DNA of 63,484 nucleotides, counting the filler, from Neolecta irregularis DAH-3 (taxonomy: Eukaryota), in NCBI GenBank assembly GCA_001929475.1. It is 5 parts of 5 records of this genome, joined end to end, with 100 filler letters (N's around TTAATTAATTAA, not from the genome) between each part and the next. Parts side by side here need not be neighbours in the genome. Positions count along the whole stretch, not along the records: positions 1 to 19,712 come from LXFE01003903.1; 4 more parts are not named here. One strand, written 5' to 3'. A program made the position numbers and the translations under genes. Under the pieces are notes generated by a model, which had not been told where the DNA came from, searched no databases, and saw nothing but the letters and a program-made list of their open reading frames with translations. Positions 1 through 12,291 of the stretch are shown here, piece by piece (position 1 is the stretch's first letter; each line of letters starts with the position of its first letter).

Positions 1-1478
1 GTTGCTCTTTCGCATAGCTTTTCCATACCAGTGAGAAATGATATCAAAGTTAAATTTTCTGGAAAGACAGGAGTAGAATTGGTCCCGAAGGTTATGGGAA
101 CAGCCAGTTGGATGTCCAAATGGGGAGAATTAAAGGTACACGATATCCCAGCTACTGCTATATCTAGCAGGTTTCTCAGTCCATATTTGCTACGAGAGCT
201 ACGACAGCGAAGTTTACCCGTACGATTTCCAAATCAACGTATAGATGTCCATGTGATTAATTTAAACTATAGAAGGATTCGACTGGATAGTACCTATTCC
301 TATGATTCCAAAAAACACACGGGTCGATGTACAATTTTCCATCAACTTCCCACGGAAAACATATTCACCGCATCTTTCTCACAAGACTCTTCCTCAATAT
401 CACTATCACCACCTCGCTCATCTTTAAATGGAATAATATACACACTAACATTAATGAATCAACATTTGCTATTGTCACCTGTATATCATGCTAGACTTGG
501 CAATGGATACTCTCTATCGACAGGATTTTCGACTTATTTAGGGAATTTAATTGAATTTAATGACGTTTTCTTTGCAGTGGAGAAAGATATCTCAGAAGGC
601 GTGAAAATCGGGTGTCGGGTTAGTAGCGCTAGATGGAGAATTACGTACGAATTTTCTCGCATGTACAACTAAAATATTAGTTGGGATTACCATGGCCAGA
701 AAATATTCATTCCCGTTATCCTAGGTGAACAGATGAATAGTGATATCGCATTCTACGGAATTATCATACCAGCATTGACTTTTCTTGGAGTGGAGCTGAC
801 TTACCTCCAGAGCCGTCGTGAACGCCTGAAGAGAGAGTAAAACTTCATATTTTGAATAATTCTCATCCTAGGAAAATCCTCAACGAAAGAAAGCTGTGGA
901 CTGAAAAACTGAACGAAAAAAGAGAGCAAGCTTTAGAAATACAATCTCTCCTTCGAGCTCAAACCATTAGGAAACAATCCCGTGAGAAGGACAAAGGCGG
1001 CCTCTTTATACAATCGGCGGAATATGGATCTGCTAAAGAGATGATCGACGTGACATTACCTATCGCCGCGATGGTGAATGAAAGCCAACTGGTTTTGCCT
1101 GCTAATGCTCCGAAGGTATAGCCTTTCCATAAAACTAGTCTGAAAGATAGTGGACTATCCCAGGTATCTGGAACCCTGCTTATGGATGTCAAAAGGTATT
1201 TGTGGTGTGGTATCTGTTTGGTGGGAAACCTCATTTTGTGGAGATTAATGATCGGGATNNNNNNNNNNTCATAAAACTAGTCTGAAAGATAGTGGACTAT
1301 CCCAGGTATCTGGAACCCTGCTTATGGATGTCAGAAGGTATTTGTGGTGTGGTATCTGTTTGGTGGGAAACCTCATTTTGTGGAGATTAATGATCGGGAT
1401 GGCATTATCTGTCCTTTACGTGGTGTGTATTCATGTCTAAGGACTTGAAGCGTTAACACTTAAGAACACATCGTGTAA
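1..1478 (+). CDS. DNAJC11-like protein, 3' part with DUF3395-type C-terminus (5' end outside window; multi-exon)
   Basis: ORFs 31-672 and 852-1121 joined by short introns. C-terminal motifs GGLFIQSAEYG, IDVTLPIAAMV, GIWNPAYG..KVFVVWYLFGGKPHFVEI, ending EHIV*. One exon is duplicated across the N gap at 1259-1268. Confidence 0.75.
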
Positions 1479-2655
1479 ATGGGTTCAGTTTTTCAATTGA
1501 CCTCAAGGGGATGAAGTTAAGGCTGCTATCGGCTGAAATCCGGGAGCATCCAAAAGCACTTTGTCGAAAAAACTGGGAATTTCCCAGTAACATAACTGAC
1601 ATCGTCTTCAGAAATCCTGTCAATCGTATAAAACGCAAAAAAGGAACACCCTCATCATCTCTGCATGATTGCATCTGTATGTAAATGAACTGTTGGCGTA
1701 TGGTTTTCACATATTTCTACTCTGTCAAAACCATAACAAGTTGTGCCATCGATTTTTTAGTAATCCTTCCCAACATCCATGTAATCTTCCTCGATCATTT
1801 GCATCAGTGATCTCCTGAAGTGAGCCTTAAAATGGAGTATCTGTATTCTTACTCATATTACGCGCATCACCAGTCTCCATGGATAACAGACACCTACCTC
1901 CAGGAAAATGGAAAGGCCTCCCAAGAAATCTCGAAATAATGTGTCAGAGTCCATGGTTTAGAGACATCGTTATCTGAATTTAGTGAGATTATCAGCACCT
2001 CTTACTCAAACACGACAAGTACCCTCAATGAGTGAATCACAGAAAGAGTATATCCACAACGCGGAGAGCTGCCTGCATAGTGTTCCACATGTAAATGAAA
2101 TGAGCGGTGTTCGAAGAAACTTCCGTGTCATCAGAATGCCCTTCATTCCATGATCTTTCCGTGAAGCTACGAGATGCATGCTTATTTGTGTCATGCTGCT
2201 TCCAGAAAAAACTTCTCAACAAGCTAGGACTGAATTGAACTCGTTTTCTCCCTCATGGCATTTTGTAAGTATATACTCCATAACTTCCTCATGCTTGAAA
2301 AATCTCTAGTGATATGGGAGGACTTGGCTAGGCGAGTCTCAGAATACCGCTACGGGAAGGAGTATGTCTCCAACATGTGCGAATTTCATGCATGAACAAA
2401 TTCATCAATATGAATGTTGCTCTCTTTATTCGAGCAGATTTGCAATCGAGGGTTTCTGAAATGGTGACACGAGGCCTCAATCTAATTCAGGTGAATTTAT
2501 TAGTTCGCTACACACTCTCTATTAGTTGAAGGGGTTGTCAGCAGTTGAGGTAAGCGGGGCTATGACTGGCTCACTGCAGGAAATCTTGAAATGTGAATAT
2601 GATGAATGGTGTATCGTAAATTATTTAAGGCACAGGGCGAAGAATCGTTATCTCT

Positions 2656-3264
2656 TCACCATGATTGCTTCGGATCCTTCTTCCACTCTTCGTATTCTAC
2701 ACGGTTAAAGAATGATAATTCACATTCGTTTTCTGATTGTTGAGCAAAATAAATGAGCCGGTAAACATACCCAAGTCACAATTTATCAACAATTCGGCCT
2801 CTTGGTCGTAAATCCAGTCGTCATCATGTTCCATATTGATGGCCAGATTGGATGTCTAGGAGATTGAACAATGGGAGCATGAAAGTTTGATGACGAACCT
2901 TTGCTGAATGAGGTCTCATGTATAATTTTAGGGTGTCTTAAACGGTCAAGAGGATGTGGTTGGGAAGAGTGATACCCATGTTGACTGCGCGATAAATCTT
3001 AAACTTTGGATCATTTGCGACTTCTGCTGTGATCAGTTCGGTTCATATCAATCATTTCTATACGTTCCCTCACAAGGTGTTTCAAGTGGCCAACTGTGGA
3101 TGTTGTCAAATCGATATTCTTCAGTACAATGTTCTTTATTGTCCTATAGGTAAAAGATTTAATCAGTCGAATTGTCAAGGTTGCAGAGGTCGCTGGAGGG
3201 TTCAGAAACGGCGGGAATGAGGCGACATGCGTGGGCTGAGAGTTGTGCTCAGAGGATGCGACAT
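2656..3264 (-). CDS. AIM29: AIM29 / C2orf76 (UPF0538) family protein, 6 short exons
   Basis: Manual splicing gives MSHPLSTTLSPPTSATLTIRLIKSFTYRTIKNIVLKNIDL...TLKLY..HSAKTSNLAINMEHDDDWI...ENECELSFFNRVEYEEWKKDPKQSW*. Not in the ORF track. Confidence 0.85.
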
Positions 3265-4417
3265 TCTATGTTAAGAACGGACAATGGTTGGATGCTTGGC
3301 TTGTGCATTATACTTAGGAAAGATTATTCAAAAGACATAGAAAGTATTCCCACATTAAAACACCCGATTCAATCAGTGCTCAAACGATGGAATGGCTATC
3401 AAGTCTCGTAATCTCAATTAAGATATGGAATATGGCTAGAAATAATATATATTCAAGTTTCTCGGACGACTTATACATGCAGTCTCTAAAAAGAATACTC
3501 CCCATTGGATACTTTCACCATGAAAACAGTTTTTGGCAGGTTACCAAGGGTTGAATAACTTCTGGTGGGCAGCGGTCTGAACATGTGCTAATGACCTGAT
3601 TGACGGATCCTTGGAGGTTCTGAGTCCACTCCCAACCCCATTCCTCATCTGCTAAACAACCCAATATGAAGTCATGCAATTGAGTAACCTCAGCGGTGAC
3701 GCCAGTCCAGTCTTGTTGCCGTTGGTAGATATCTAGACCGTCAGATAGCAATTGAGGACAACTTGCCGATGTTGCTCAGACAGTCACTAATAGGTGCATA
3801 TCGTGGAGGGCAGCTAGTATCGCACGGCGGGAAAAGAGAGCCATCACCCCAGCGCTTAGCGATAACGGAATTCTGTCCCGGCAGAGAAAGTCCTAGAACT
3901 CAGATGGGTCCTTGAACAAATATACCCCAGGTGCTGAGGAACAAGACGGAAGTCGCAAAAGCAGTGAAGAATCGCATGATAATCGAACTCGAAGAGGAGC
4001 AGATGGATGGTGAGAAATGAAGGAGGAATTCTCCATCTTTTATAGCTTTCCAGGTCCAATATCGCAATCCCGTGTATCCATTATTATAATTCGCACCCTA
4101 TAATTGACTCGGGCTATGTTCGAAAGATTGTTTCACGCGACATACGGGGAAGAACTTGCTTCTCTGCCATTGGTGGATATTTTTATACAATCAGCAGGTG
4201 AGCGCGTTGGTATTCGGGTGAGAACGACCCGCAGTTGATAGCGTGGTGTAAAGACCGAGATTATCGTTTGAATGATGAAGTGGCTGTAATCAATTTGATC
4301 GGGAAGGTGGTTGAAATGTAATTTGTTCAGTGTGAGGTCTTCATGCTTTCCGTTTTCCCAATAACGATTCTTTTAACAAATATATTGGAAATTCAAATTT
4401 GCCGTAAGGCAAAGTCG

Positions 4418-4510
4418 TGACGTCAGTAACATTGACGCTTTTTCAAGCGCGAGTATCGCAGGACAAACCAATTTAGTGAATTCATAAAGCGTGTCCAGTT
4501 GCTATAAATA
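4418..4510 (+). promoter_or_regulatory. CRE/ATF site (TGACGTCA, 4418-4425) and TATA-like TATAAATA (4503-4510)
   Basis: Perfect motifs read directly, next to the structured-RNA candidate. Function is inferred. Confidence 0.35.
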
Positions 4511-4796
4511 ACGACGGGATCCCAAGACCGTTTCAATCCAATTGGACACAGCGGTTCGACCTAGCACCAATCAGCAGGGAAGGTCTAGATATTCGAATAG
4601 GCCTCGTTATTGCTAAAAATAATGGTTAACGTATGTAATAGCTAGTATCCGTGGGCCAGAGTGATACAAGTCCAAAGAGAAAAAGCCTAGGTTGGTGTAC
4701 TGTGGAGTGCAAAAAGACTCTAACAGGGTTAGTCATCAACTGATGTTGATTGGGGCGTCTGAATTGTAACAGGATTTGAAAGTAGACTGCACACGC
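4489..4796 (+). ncRNA. Candidate structured non-coding RNA of unknown family
   Basis: Several nested helices whose imperfect pairs are G-U on the + strand; no convincing ORF. Confidence 0.4.
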
Positions 4797-4859
4797 GGGC
4801 AGGTTCAATTGTTCAAAGGAGTTTGTGCGATATTTATTTTAAATGCTTTCACTCAGGCA

Positions 4860-5589
4860 TAAAACTTTATAGCTCTTGTAATGGTATTCGTCATCATGTG
4901 AATGAATTACCCGGGGTATAGATGTCTGTCGGGCAATAAGATGGATAACATAAACTTTGAACTAGTGCGAGTCATGAATAAAATTTCTCTCACGATATAT
5001 TACTAATTTGACTTCTTCAGGTCGCTACCCTGTTCATGGAATGGACTTGCCAGTGGCTGATAGCTCGAATCATGACAAAGAAATGATTGGTTGCCTATTG
5101 TTGGCCCAAATACCATGTGTTGTGAAACAGGTTTAATTTGTCGTCGCCGGTATTGATCTCTAATCAATACATGTAGATGCTTTCGAGTTCCAATAATAGA
5201 ATGGCCCCATAAAGGATTCTCTCGTTTGATTTGAACTGCGATCGCGCGAACAATGTTGGAAGGAGGAGCAGATGGCTGGAATGGAACATGCCCTGGAGCC
5301 GTCAATAAGTCTACATAGGCCTGCAATGATGTTAGCGCTAATTTCTTTCAATCAATGACGGGCGTACGGTCATCATCATTTCCTCTTCTGTTTTCGAATA
5401 TTCGGGGTCATTGTTTATGGTGTTGGAATCGTCTGAATCGACATTTTCATCAAGAAAAGTATCAAGACTGCAACCACTCAATGATTTCTGTAGCGGCATA
5501 ACATCAGGAGTTACCGGCTGAGCAGTTGCAGGGGATGTTGTTTCAAAGATCTTGGGAACAGAAAGATGCAGTTCAGGTTTAGACTTCAT
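4860..5589 (-). CDS. Hypothetical protein (multi-exon; 3' end approximate)
   Basis: ORFs 5338-5589 and 5003-5326 can be linked by a short intron. The segment [31 protein letters not shown] looks protein-like. Confidence 0.5.
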
Positions 5590-5747
5590 TCTTTATACTG
5601 TGGCAAGGTTGAACGTTCTGGGAAATAGGTTGCGGATTCGGCAAGCCATAAGTATCAATCAAGACAAGACAACCAGAATTGGAGTATACATCTAGGTATA
5701 TACGCAAGCTAATCTCACTGCTAGATCTCCGACTTTTGTTTTCCCCA

Positions 5748-6548
5748 TCATACCTTGAAACCCTTGCTGTTTCGGCGACCTCGAGCTCGCTCGAATTTTC
5801 GACCTTTAGATCGAACAAAGGGCTTCTTGTGCTTGTTTGGCCCCATTCCAAAATGTCTAATCGCATTAGCATCCTACATCTATAACAATGTTCAAACTTG
5901 AGCGCTTCGCGGTTTCTTGATCCTCGCATCAAGAGTGTATTGGATCCGGTGGGCGCTCGAAGAGCGAGCTGATCCAAGGTCAAGCATTCACCTCCAGCCT
6001 TGATAATCCGTTCGCGCGCGGTTTGGGTGAAACGAAGAGCAGCGATTCTCATCTTTGGAAGTTCAGCAAGTCTGATATCATCGGTAATAGTTCCAACAAC
6101 TACGACGGTTTTGGAGGCGTTCTCTGTGGCATCTTTACTTTGAAGTTGTCGAGCGATTTTGGAGACTGACATCGGAGGCTTGTAGGTATTGCTTAAGAAA
6201 AGGCGGTGTAGAATAGCCTTGTTGAATTTGCTGTCAGTCCTTCGAGCGAGGAACCGATATAGCTTGACGAGTAATTTAAGATATACATTACTCGATTTTG
6301 GAGCTGTTCTTTGTCTTTTCTTAACGTGATGAGAAGCGATATCGATACCCTAACTTTGAGTAAACACCTGAATGAAAATACAGCGTTGAATCAAGATATT
6401 TGAACTATTCGTTTCGTCTGTCGATCATCAAAATGTATCTTGCACTTCTGTCCATCCAGAAAATTCATTTTGTTTTATTGGCATAAAGTGTTCGAGGCTC
6501 AGACCAACCGAATATACAGACCAAATGAAAAGAAATCCAACGTACCAT
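5748..6548 (-). CDS. RPL18: 60S ribosomal protein L18 (eL18)
   Basis: ATG alone in exon 1, then [38 protein letters not shown]...[20 protein letters not shown]...[10 protein letters not shown]. Confidence 0.97.
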
Positions 6549-6637
6549 TTTGAATGTTATCGAGTTTGCTTGGTGGTTGAGCTGGTGGGGATTTCTGTGA
6601 GACTGCTTTTGCCCGTGTACGCCCCTTAATTTTTCAG

Positions 6638-6647
6638 AATTAGCGGC
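6638..6647 (+). promoter_or_regulatory. Candidate ribosomal-protein gene promoter element AATTAGCGGC (RPL18)
   Basis: The same 10-mer recurs upstream of RPS4 and RPS9 (twice), with one mismatch at RPL21. Confidence 0.6.
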
Positions 6648-6876
6648 AGCGGTGGACGCCTATTTTGACAAAATTGTAGCTCAACTCGTCGACAAGCATT
6701 CGACTATCTACATAGTAAAGAAATACAACTTCAAGGTGATAAGATCTCAGAATATATCAAATTTTGGATAACTTTACGAGATAAAGATAAAAAAACAAAA
6801 TTCTTGAACCCTCCGTTGTCAAAATAAATTTTACTTCGACCCTTCAAAGAGAACAGCACCAACCAAATCAGTATGA

Positions 6877-7510
6877 TCAAGATTGCAAAGTAGACAGCGG
6901 CATATCAACGGCATCTTGTCCGAGAGTCAGAGGACGCTTTGATTTCTTCTTGTTGTAATCAGCTATAGCACTCCGGACAGCATCTTCGGCGAGCATGCTA
7001 CAGTGTACTAATAGTCAGCCCGAGATCAGCAGGATGCAAAATACATTTGACGGGAGGCAGACATAATTCCCGAGCAATATCAGTATTTCGGATCTTCCCA
7101 GCCTCCTCGAGAGTCAACCCTCTTACACGCTCGGTCATGTATGACGAACTAGCAATGGCCGATCCACAACCAAAGGTCTTGAACTTGACATCTGAAATGC
7201 GACCTTTGTCGTCGACACGAATTTGAAGTTTCTAAAAGTTCGAGTCTGCTGCGGCTCAAGTCTGAGATACCATGACATCACCACAGGCTGGGGCGCCTAC
7301 AAGTCCAGTACCAACATCGACATCGCTCTTTGGGAGGGACCCGACGTTTCTGGGGGTGTTATAGTGGTCCAAGACCTTTTCATGGTAGTGGCGAATATGT
7401 GGCCGGGCAACAGAGAAAGCGCTGGCAACAGCAGCAGGAGCAGTTCGAACTGCCTGGGCAGAAGCGGCGGTAGAAAGAGCAGAGAGAGGACGTAGCAGCA
7501 TGTAGAGCAT
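6877..7510 (-). CDS. ISU1: Mitochondrial Fe-S cluster scaffold IscU/Isu1
   Basis: YHEKVLDHYNTPRNVG, GLVGAPACGDVM, VKFKTFGCGSAIASSS, LCLPPVKLHCSMLAEDA; N-terminal presequence. Confidence 0.97.
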
Positions 7511-7768
7511 GGTGGAAGATGGTGGAGAGGTTGGTAACGACGAGCGGAGTGGGATAAATGCGCCTCAAGTGGGAAATATGCACGGGGTATGACGCAGAAA
7601 GCAGTGCCTGGAAATGCTGCAAATACAATTGTACATACAACACATCTGCATCTACAAAACCACTACCGGCGGAATATCCTGAGCAGCGAAAACGTGTATA
7701 TGCGTGTATAGTTGTAATCGCGATTCTGCCAGTTGAGGCGAGCTCGCAGGCACCCGGAACCTCCTCAA

Positions 7769-8923
7769 ATGGCCGCTGTTGCATCGTCCACAGAAGAAAC
7801 ATCCGGCACAAACAGGCTGTTGCTTCCCAAAGAACCTCAAGTACTGCTGCTACACCACGGCTAACTGGTCTCACATAAACACAGGCCACCAAGTCTGCAT
7901 TCTCTTCGGTCACTACTTCAAGAGGAATATCGATAACATTTGTCGGCGGTGCGGTTGCCGGCGCCGTCTCAAGAACGGTCGTATCGCCTCTGGAACGAAT
8001 TAAAATTCTGTTTCAGGTGCAAGGTCCGGGACAATCGAGCTACAATGGCGTCTTTTCGGCACTATCTCAGATATGGAAAACCGAAGGTTGGAAAGGCTTT
8101 ATGAGGGGCAATGGAACCAATTGTATTCGGATAATTCCATATAGTGCCGTTCAGTTCACAGCCTACTCAATTTACAAGAAAGTCTCCATGACCTCTAAGC
8201 ATAACCACTGATGTTTAGTTACTCGCAGACAGAAATGGAGATCTCGGTACTTTTCGTAAACTGGGTGCTGGGGCTTTTGCTGGTATTACTTCTGTGGGTA
8301 TAACACGAACTTAAGGGTTTCCCTCACTTTCAGTTGCTACATACCCACTTGATATAACTCGTACTCGTCTATCAATCCAAACAGCAACAATCTCGCATAA
8401 CGTGCCGAAATCGCAAATTCCAGGAATGATCGCTGTGATGAAACAACTTTATCTTAACGAAGGTGGCATAATGGCGCTATATCGTGGAGTTTGGCCAACT
8501 CTAATTGGCGTTGCACCTTATGTTGGTATCAACTTTGCAGTGAGGATTCTCATTTGATATGATTGTTTAATATCCTAGGTTTACGAAGCTATCCGGACAT
8601 GGATGACCCCAGAAGGCCAGCTCGAACCTTCTGCAGCGGGAAAGCTTGTAAGCGGCGCATTATCTGGGACTTTTGCGCAAACTATGACTTTTCCTGCCGA
8701 CGTGCTACGACGTCGTTTTCAAGTGAATACCATGTCTGGAGTTGGTCAAAAATACGCTTCCATATATGATGCAATTCGCTCTATGTATCAACAGGAAGGC
8801 TTATTAGCCTTTTACAAAGGGTTGTGGCCCAACCTTTTAAAGGTTGCTCCTTCTATGGCTGCTTGTTTTTTGACTTACGAAATGACGGTGAGTTTTTTAA
8901 AAGGGCATATTAAGGAGACGTAA
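7769..8923 (+). CDS. Mitochondrial carrier (SLC25), YPR011C / SLC25A42-like subfamily
   Basis: Three carrier repeats: GAVSRTVVSPLERIKILFQ, GFMRGNGTNCIRIIPYSAVQF, TYPLDITRTRL, TFPADVLRRRFQV, FYKGLWPNLLKVAPS. Confidence 0.9.
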
Positions 8924-9211
8924 TCGCATGGGAACTGATTTTTTGATAGAGATGAACTTGTTCCATAGGCATTTTGAAATATCACTAAAAGTAATATCTG
9001 AGATTCTGTCCCCTCATCCATCTTGCCGTGACATGTCGCGTATATGTCAGACTCGGCAATATCGGTATATTCCCGATACAAAAACAGATTTATAACACAT
9101 AACACATAACATATATCGTATATCTAGGCTCTGCCATCGGTTATTCTTTGTATTAAATCGTGTAGGTCGAGTTGGGTTAAACTATTTCCCCACGCTGTAA
9201 TTCCCTCAACA

Positions 9212-9829
9212 ATGAAAGCTCATCCAACTGATGCCCATCTCATACGGAACACAGTTGATGCCCACCCTCTCCACGAAGAGGAATGCTTCACTATCAATTC
9301 AGAAATGTACGGGTCTCGAATATCAGCCGGCGCCAGCAGCTCATGGGATTCGAACTCGTACGATGAAGTCAAAAAGTATAGAGATCCATCCAACTGGCAG
9401 AAATATGATAGCTGTTAAAAGGAGACTAGCCACAAAGACTGAAGAAGCAAAGCACAAACGGAATCACCCGCCGGCCTTTGGAACAATGGACAATTATTCG
9501 ATCAACAGCTTTCTTGCTGGATTAGAGGAGATGTTGGGCAAGGAAATGCAAGAGAATTGGGAAGAAGGGAAAGCGATCCTCAAGAACCAGCCAATCCTTC
9601 TAGCACCAGTCGTCCAACTCTCAAGGACAAGGTGAAAGGAACCGCAAACCCCATTGTAGCGAAAATTACGCTCGACAAAGATACAGAAACTAGAGCCAAT
9701 ACTCTAAAAGAGGGCACAGTGGAGGAAGTGCGGATATGGAAACGAGAAAACTTCGATAAACGTATTGCAGCGAACAAGGCGACAAGTATACCCAGAGTAA
9801 ACGCTGACAACAGCAAGGTTTCAGCATAA
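9212..9829 (+). CDS. Small hydrophilic hypothetical protein (possibly stress/CsbD-like); exon structure unresolved
   Basis: Three overlapping ORFs. PTLKDKVKGTANPIVAKIT resembles small fungal stress-protein repeats. Confidence 0.3.
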
Positions 9830-9848
9830 GTTATAAAAACATTCGATT

Positions 9849-12080
9849 TTAGATTCCATATGCATTGATGAGCTCGATGAGTTCCTTGCTAGCCTGAGTG
9901 AAGTTGATTGTCGTTGCGCCAAGAACACTATACCGCACGCGACTCTATCCTGATCAGTTCACATCTACACTAAATAAGCCCATGCCTGCCCTTGAAAGTT
10001 GTCTTGTTTTGCTCTGCAACGAAAGTTGAAGGTGGTGCAAGTCGCTCCGTTGATTACATCCAGATACGCTTGTTCGTTTTCTTCCTTTATACTTTAGAAC
10101 AAGGTAGGAATTGATCAAGTACCTTCAGTTGGAAGAGCTCGTCTGCAGTTTTGCCCATGATCTGCTTTCCTACATCATCAAATGTACTGAACCACGCTTG
10201 CCCGGTGTGATCGTTAACGCTGATGGTCATAATATATCTGGATATCATTATTCGACGCTCGAAAGATGCTGGGTACCTATGATTCGGCTTTGGATAACTC
10301 TTATCGCACTTTTCACATCGCCACTGACCATCGCTGTCTTCGATAACCTTTTTGTTGCATGCTTCTGCAGGACAGGCCGGGTATGATATATTATCTTGCT
10401 TAATAAAAACAATCGTAGCCTTTGTAGTGAAGTAATCCGGTTGTTCAGACATGCCAATCCCTTCGTCCTTGAGCTGCGCTAGAGTTTTCCGGTCCTCTTT
10501 CCGACCACTTGCAGCTGATAGAGATCCGCCTATGTTAGCATGCGTCGAGAAATTCTCGCTCTTTCCAGATCCATCATACCACCCTTTCAGAGAGTGTGCT
10601 TCATCGATATCTGGATTGACAGACATAGTGCTGCTGCTGTACATAGAAAGAGATCGCCCATTGAAATCGCTTACTTTAACACCTTTGACAGCAATGACAT
10701 TCCCTTCATCCGTCGAGAAATTTTGGGCTTGCTTTCCCCACAGCGTGAGTCTGATAGAGTACTGGGAGGAATCGACAATTGTAAGGTCTCTTTTAGAGAT
10801 CTAGTCATTAGAAAAAGCTCATATACGAAGCTGATACTGGTTTCTGTGTGGTTTTTGAGGTTATTTCGCTAAGATCGTGCACTTCTTTCACAACACCGAT
10901 GACATCTGTTGCTCAATAAGCTCATCTGGTTACCCATATATACCAATAGTGTTATCCTTCTCAATTTGGCTTACATTTCCAAGTTCAACGAAATTATATC
11001 GCTCTTGGGGTACAGACGACTGGTCTTCACACTAGCATGTAAACATCACTTGCTCATTAACAAAACAAACCTTTTCGATTTCTGTGTCTCGCTCAAAAGA
11101 CAACTCATATTCATTCTGAATGTTTGAGAATTGCTTCTTTGCGATATTCACGCGACATTTCGAAATAAAATAAACCTTCAAATCAACACCTCTCGATTAT
11201 GAGACGTACCTGCCCTTCTTGGAGGACTTCATAAAAGCTATCACATTGATCATTAAATCCAGTAGCTTTGATTTCGCCACTCTCGTCTAAAAGATGTACG
11301 GAAAATAATTTGCCTTCGCCTCGTTGATTATGCCAATGCTTGATTTCGGATTTGAATGTCACGCGCGCTTTGATAGTCCATCTTGAAGTCAACTGGATGA
11401 AAGCGAACAAATTTACTTGTTCTGATAAGGTGAAAGACCTTCAATTGGATAAATAGCGGCGGCATGGCCGCCTGTAGATGAACTTGAACTTGAGTAAATA
11501 TTGCAATGCACCCATACGGTGCTAGTTTCATGGTCTGTTGTAGCTGATTCTGAGGAGCAGGTTTGTTATTTCCGTAAAAGTTGGTATTACTGATTGGTGC
11601 AACTTGTCGTGGTTGATGTACCGGTTGCTGCGCTTGCTGCTGCTGCTGTTGACCTTGACCACCGACAGCCGCCTCAAGAACGACAGGATCGCCAATCTTT
11701 TCTTGAATGCCAAGGTCTTCGAGAACCTCCAGATTGAGAACAATCAGGATCCTATATCGGTCAATCGACGACATTAAATTGAAGGCTTACCGCCTCTCTT
11801 TCATGATGTTGCAAGAAAACTGCGTTAACCGTACAAAGCTTCCTCGTTGAAGTAATCCGGACGTAACAAGATCATTCTTTTGGGTCGCAAGCATGGATTG
11901 AATAAAGTTGACTGAATCTGACAGAACCACGCGATATCTTTCGGGGGCGTCGAGAGCAGCGTTTTGTTGAGTTCCAAGTTTTTTCACTTGGAGAACTTGT
12001 AGTACAGGGTTTGGGAACCCTTCAGGACCACTAGCATTGCAGATTGCCGCAATAGCATTGGGCGTGAGATGTTCTGCCAT
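9849..12080 (-). CDS. RFA1: Replication protein A large subunit (RPA70)
   Basis: [62 protein letters not shown], zinc finger [19 protein letters not shown]; Gln-rich linker. Confidence 0.97.
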
Positions 12081-12291
12081 TAGTAGAACGTGGTGGAAAT
12101 TTTCGGTGGAGCGCGTCAAGAATACGTGTCATGACCAAGTGACGCATCTAAATGTATTAAATGCAATTCTATATATGATGACTAGACACGTAAAGAGGAA
12201 AGAAGGCAAATCGAAGGAAGAATACGATAACATTTTTGTCCCAAGTATTCGCCGAAAACCAACCTACCAAGTATGAACCATCTGTCTAGGA

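Noticed and set aside
4550-4570. GGTTCGA...ACCA as a tRNA
   Set aside because: No T-stem pairing or cloverleaf can be built.
4725-4732. CTAACCCT on the minus strand as a telomerase RNA template
   Set aside because: G-U pairing in the surrounding helices favours the + strand, and I found no convincing pseudoknot.
5579-5880. Long C-terminal extension of RPL18 in the ORF track
   Set aside because: It is read-through of an intron; splicing restores the normal eL18 end at 5748.
6351-6545. Intronic C/D snoRNA in the long RPL18 intron
   Set aside because: TGATGA is present, but there is no downstream CTGA box or terminal stem.
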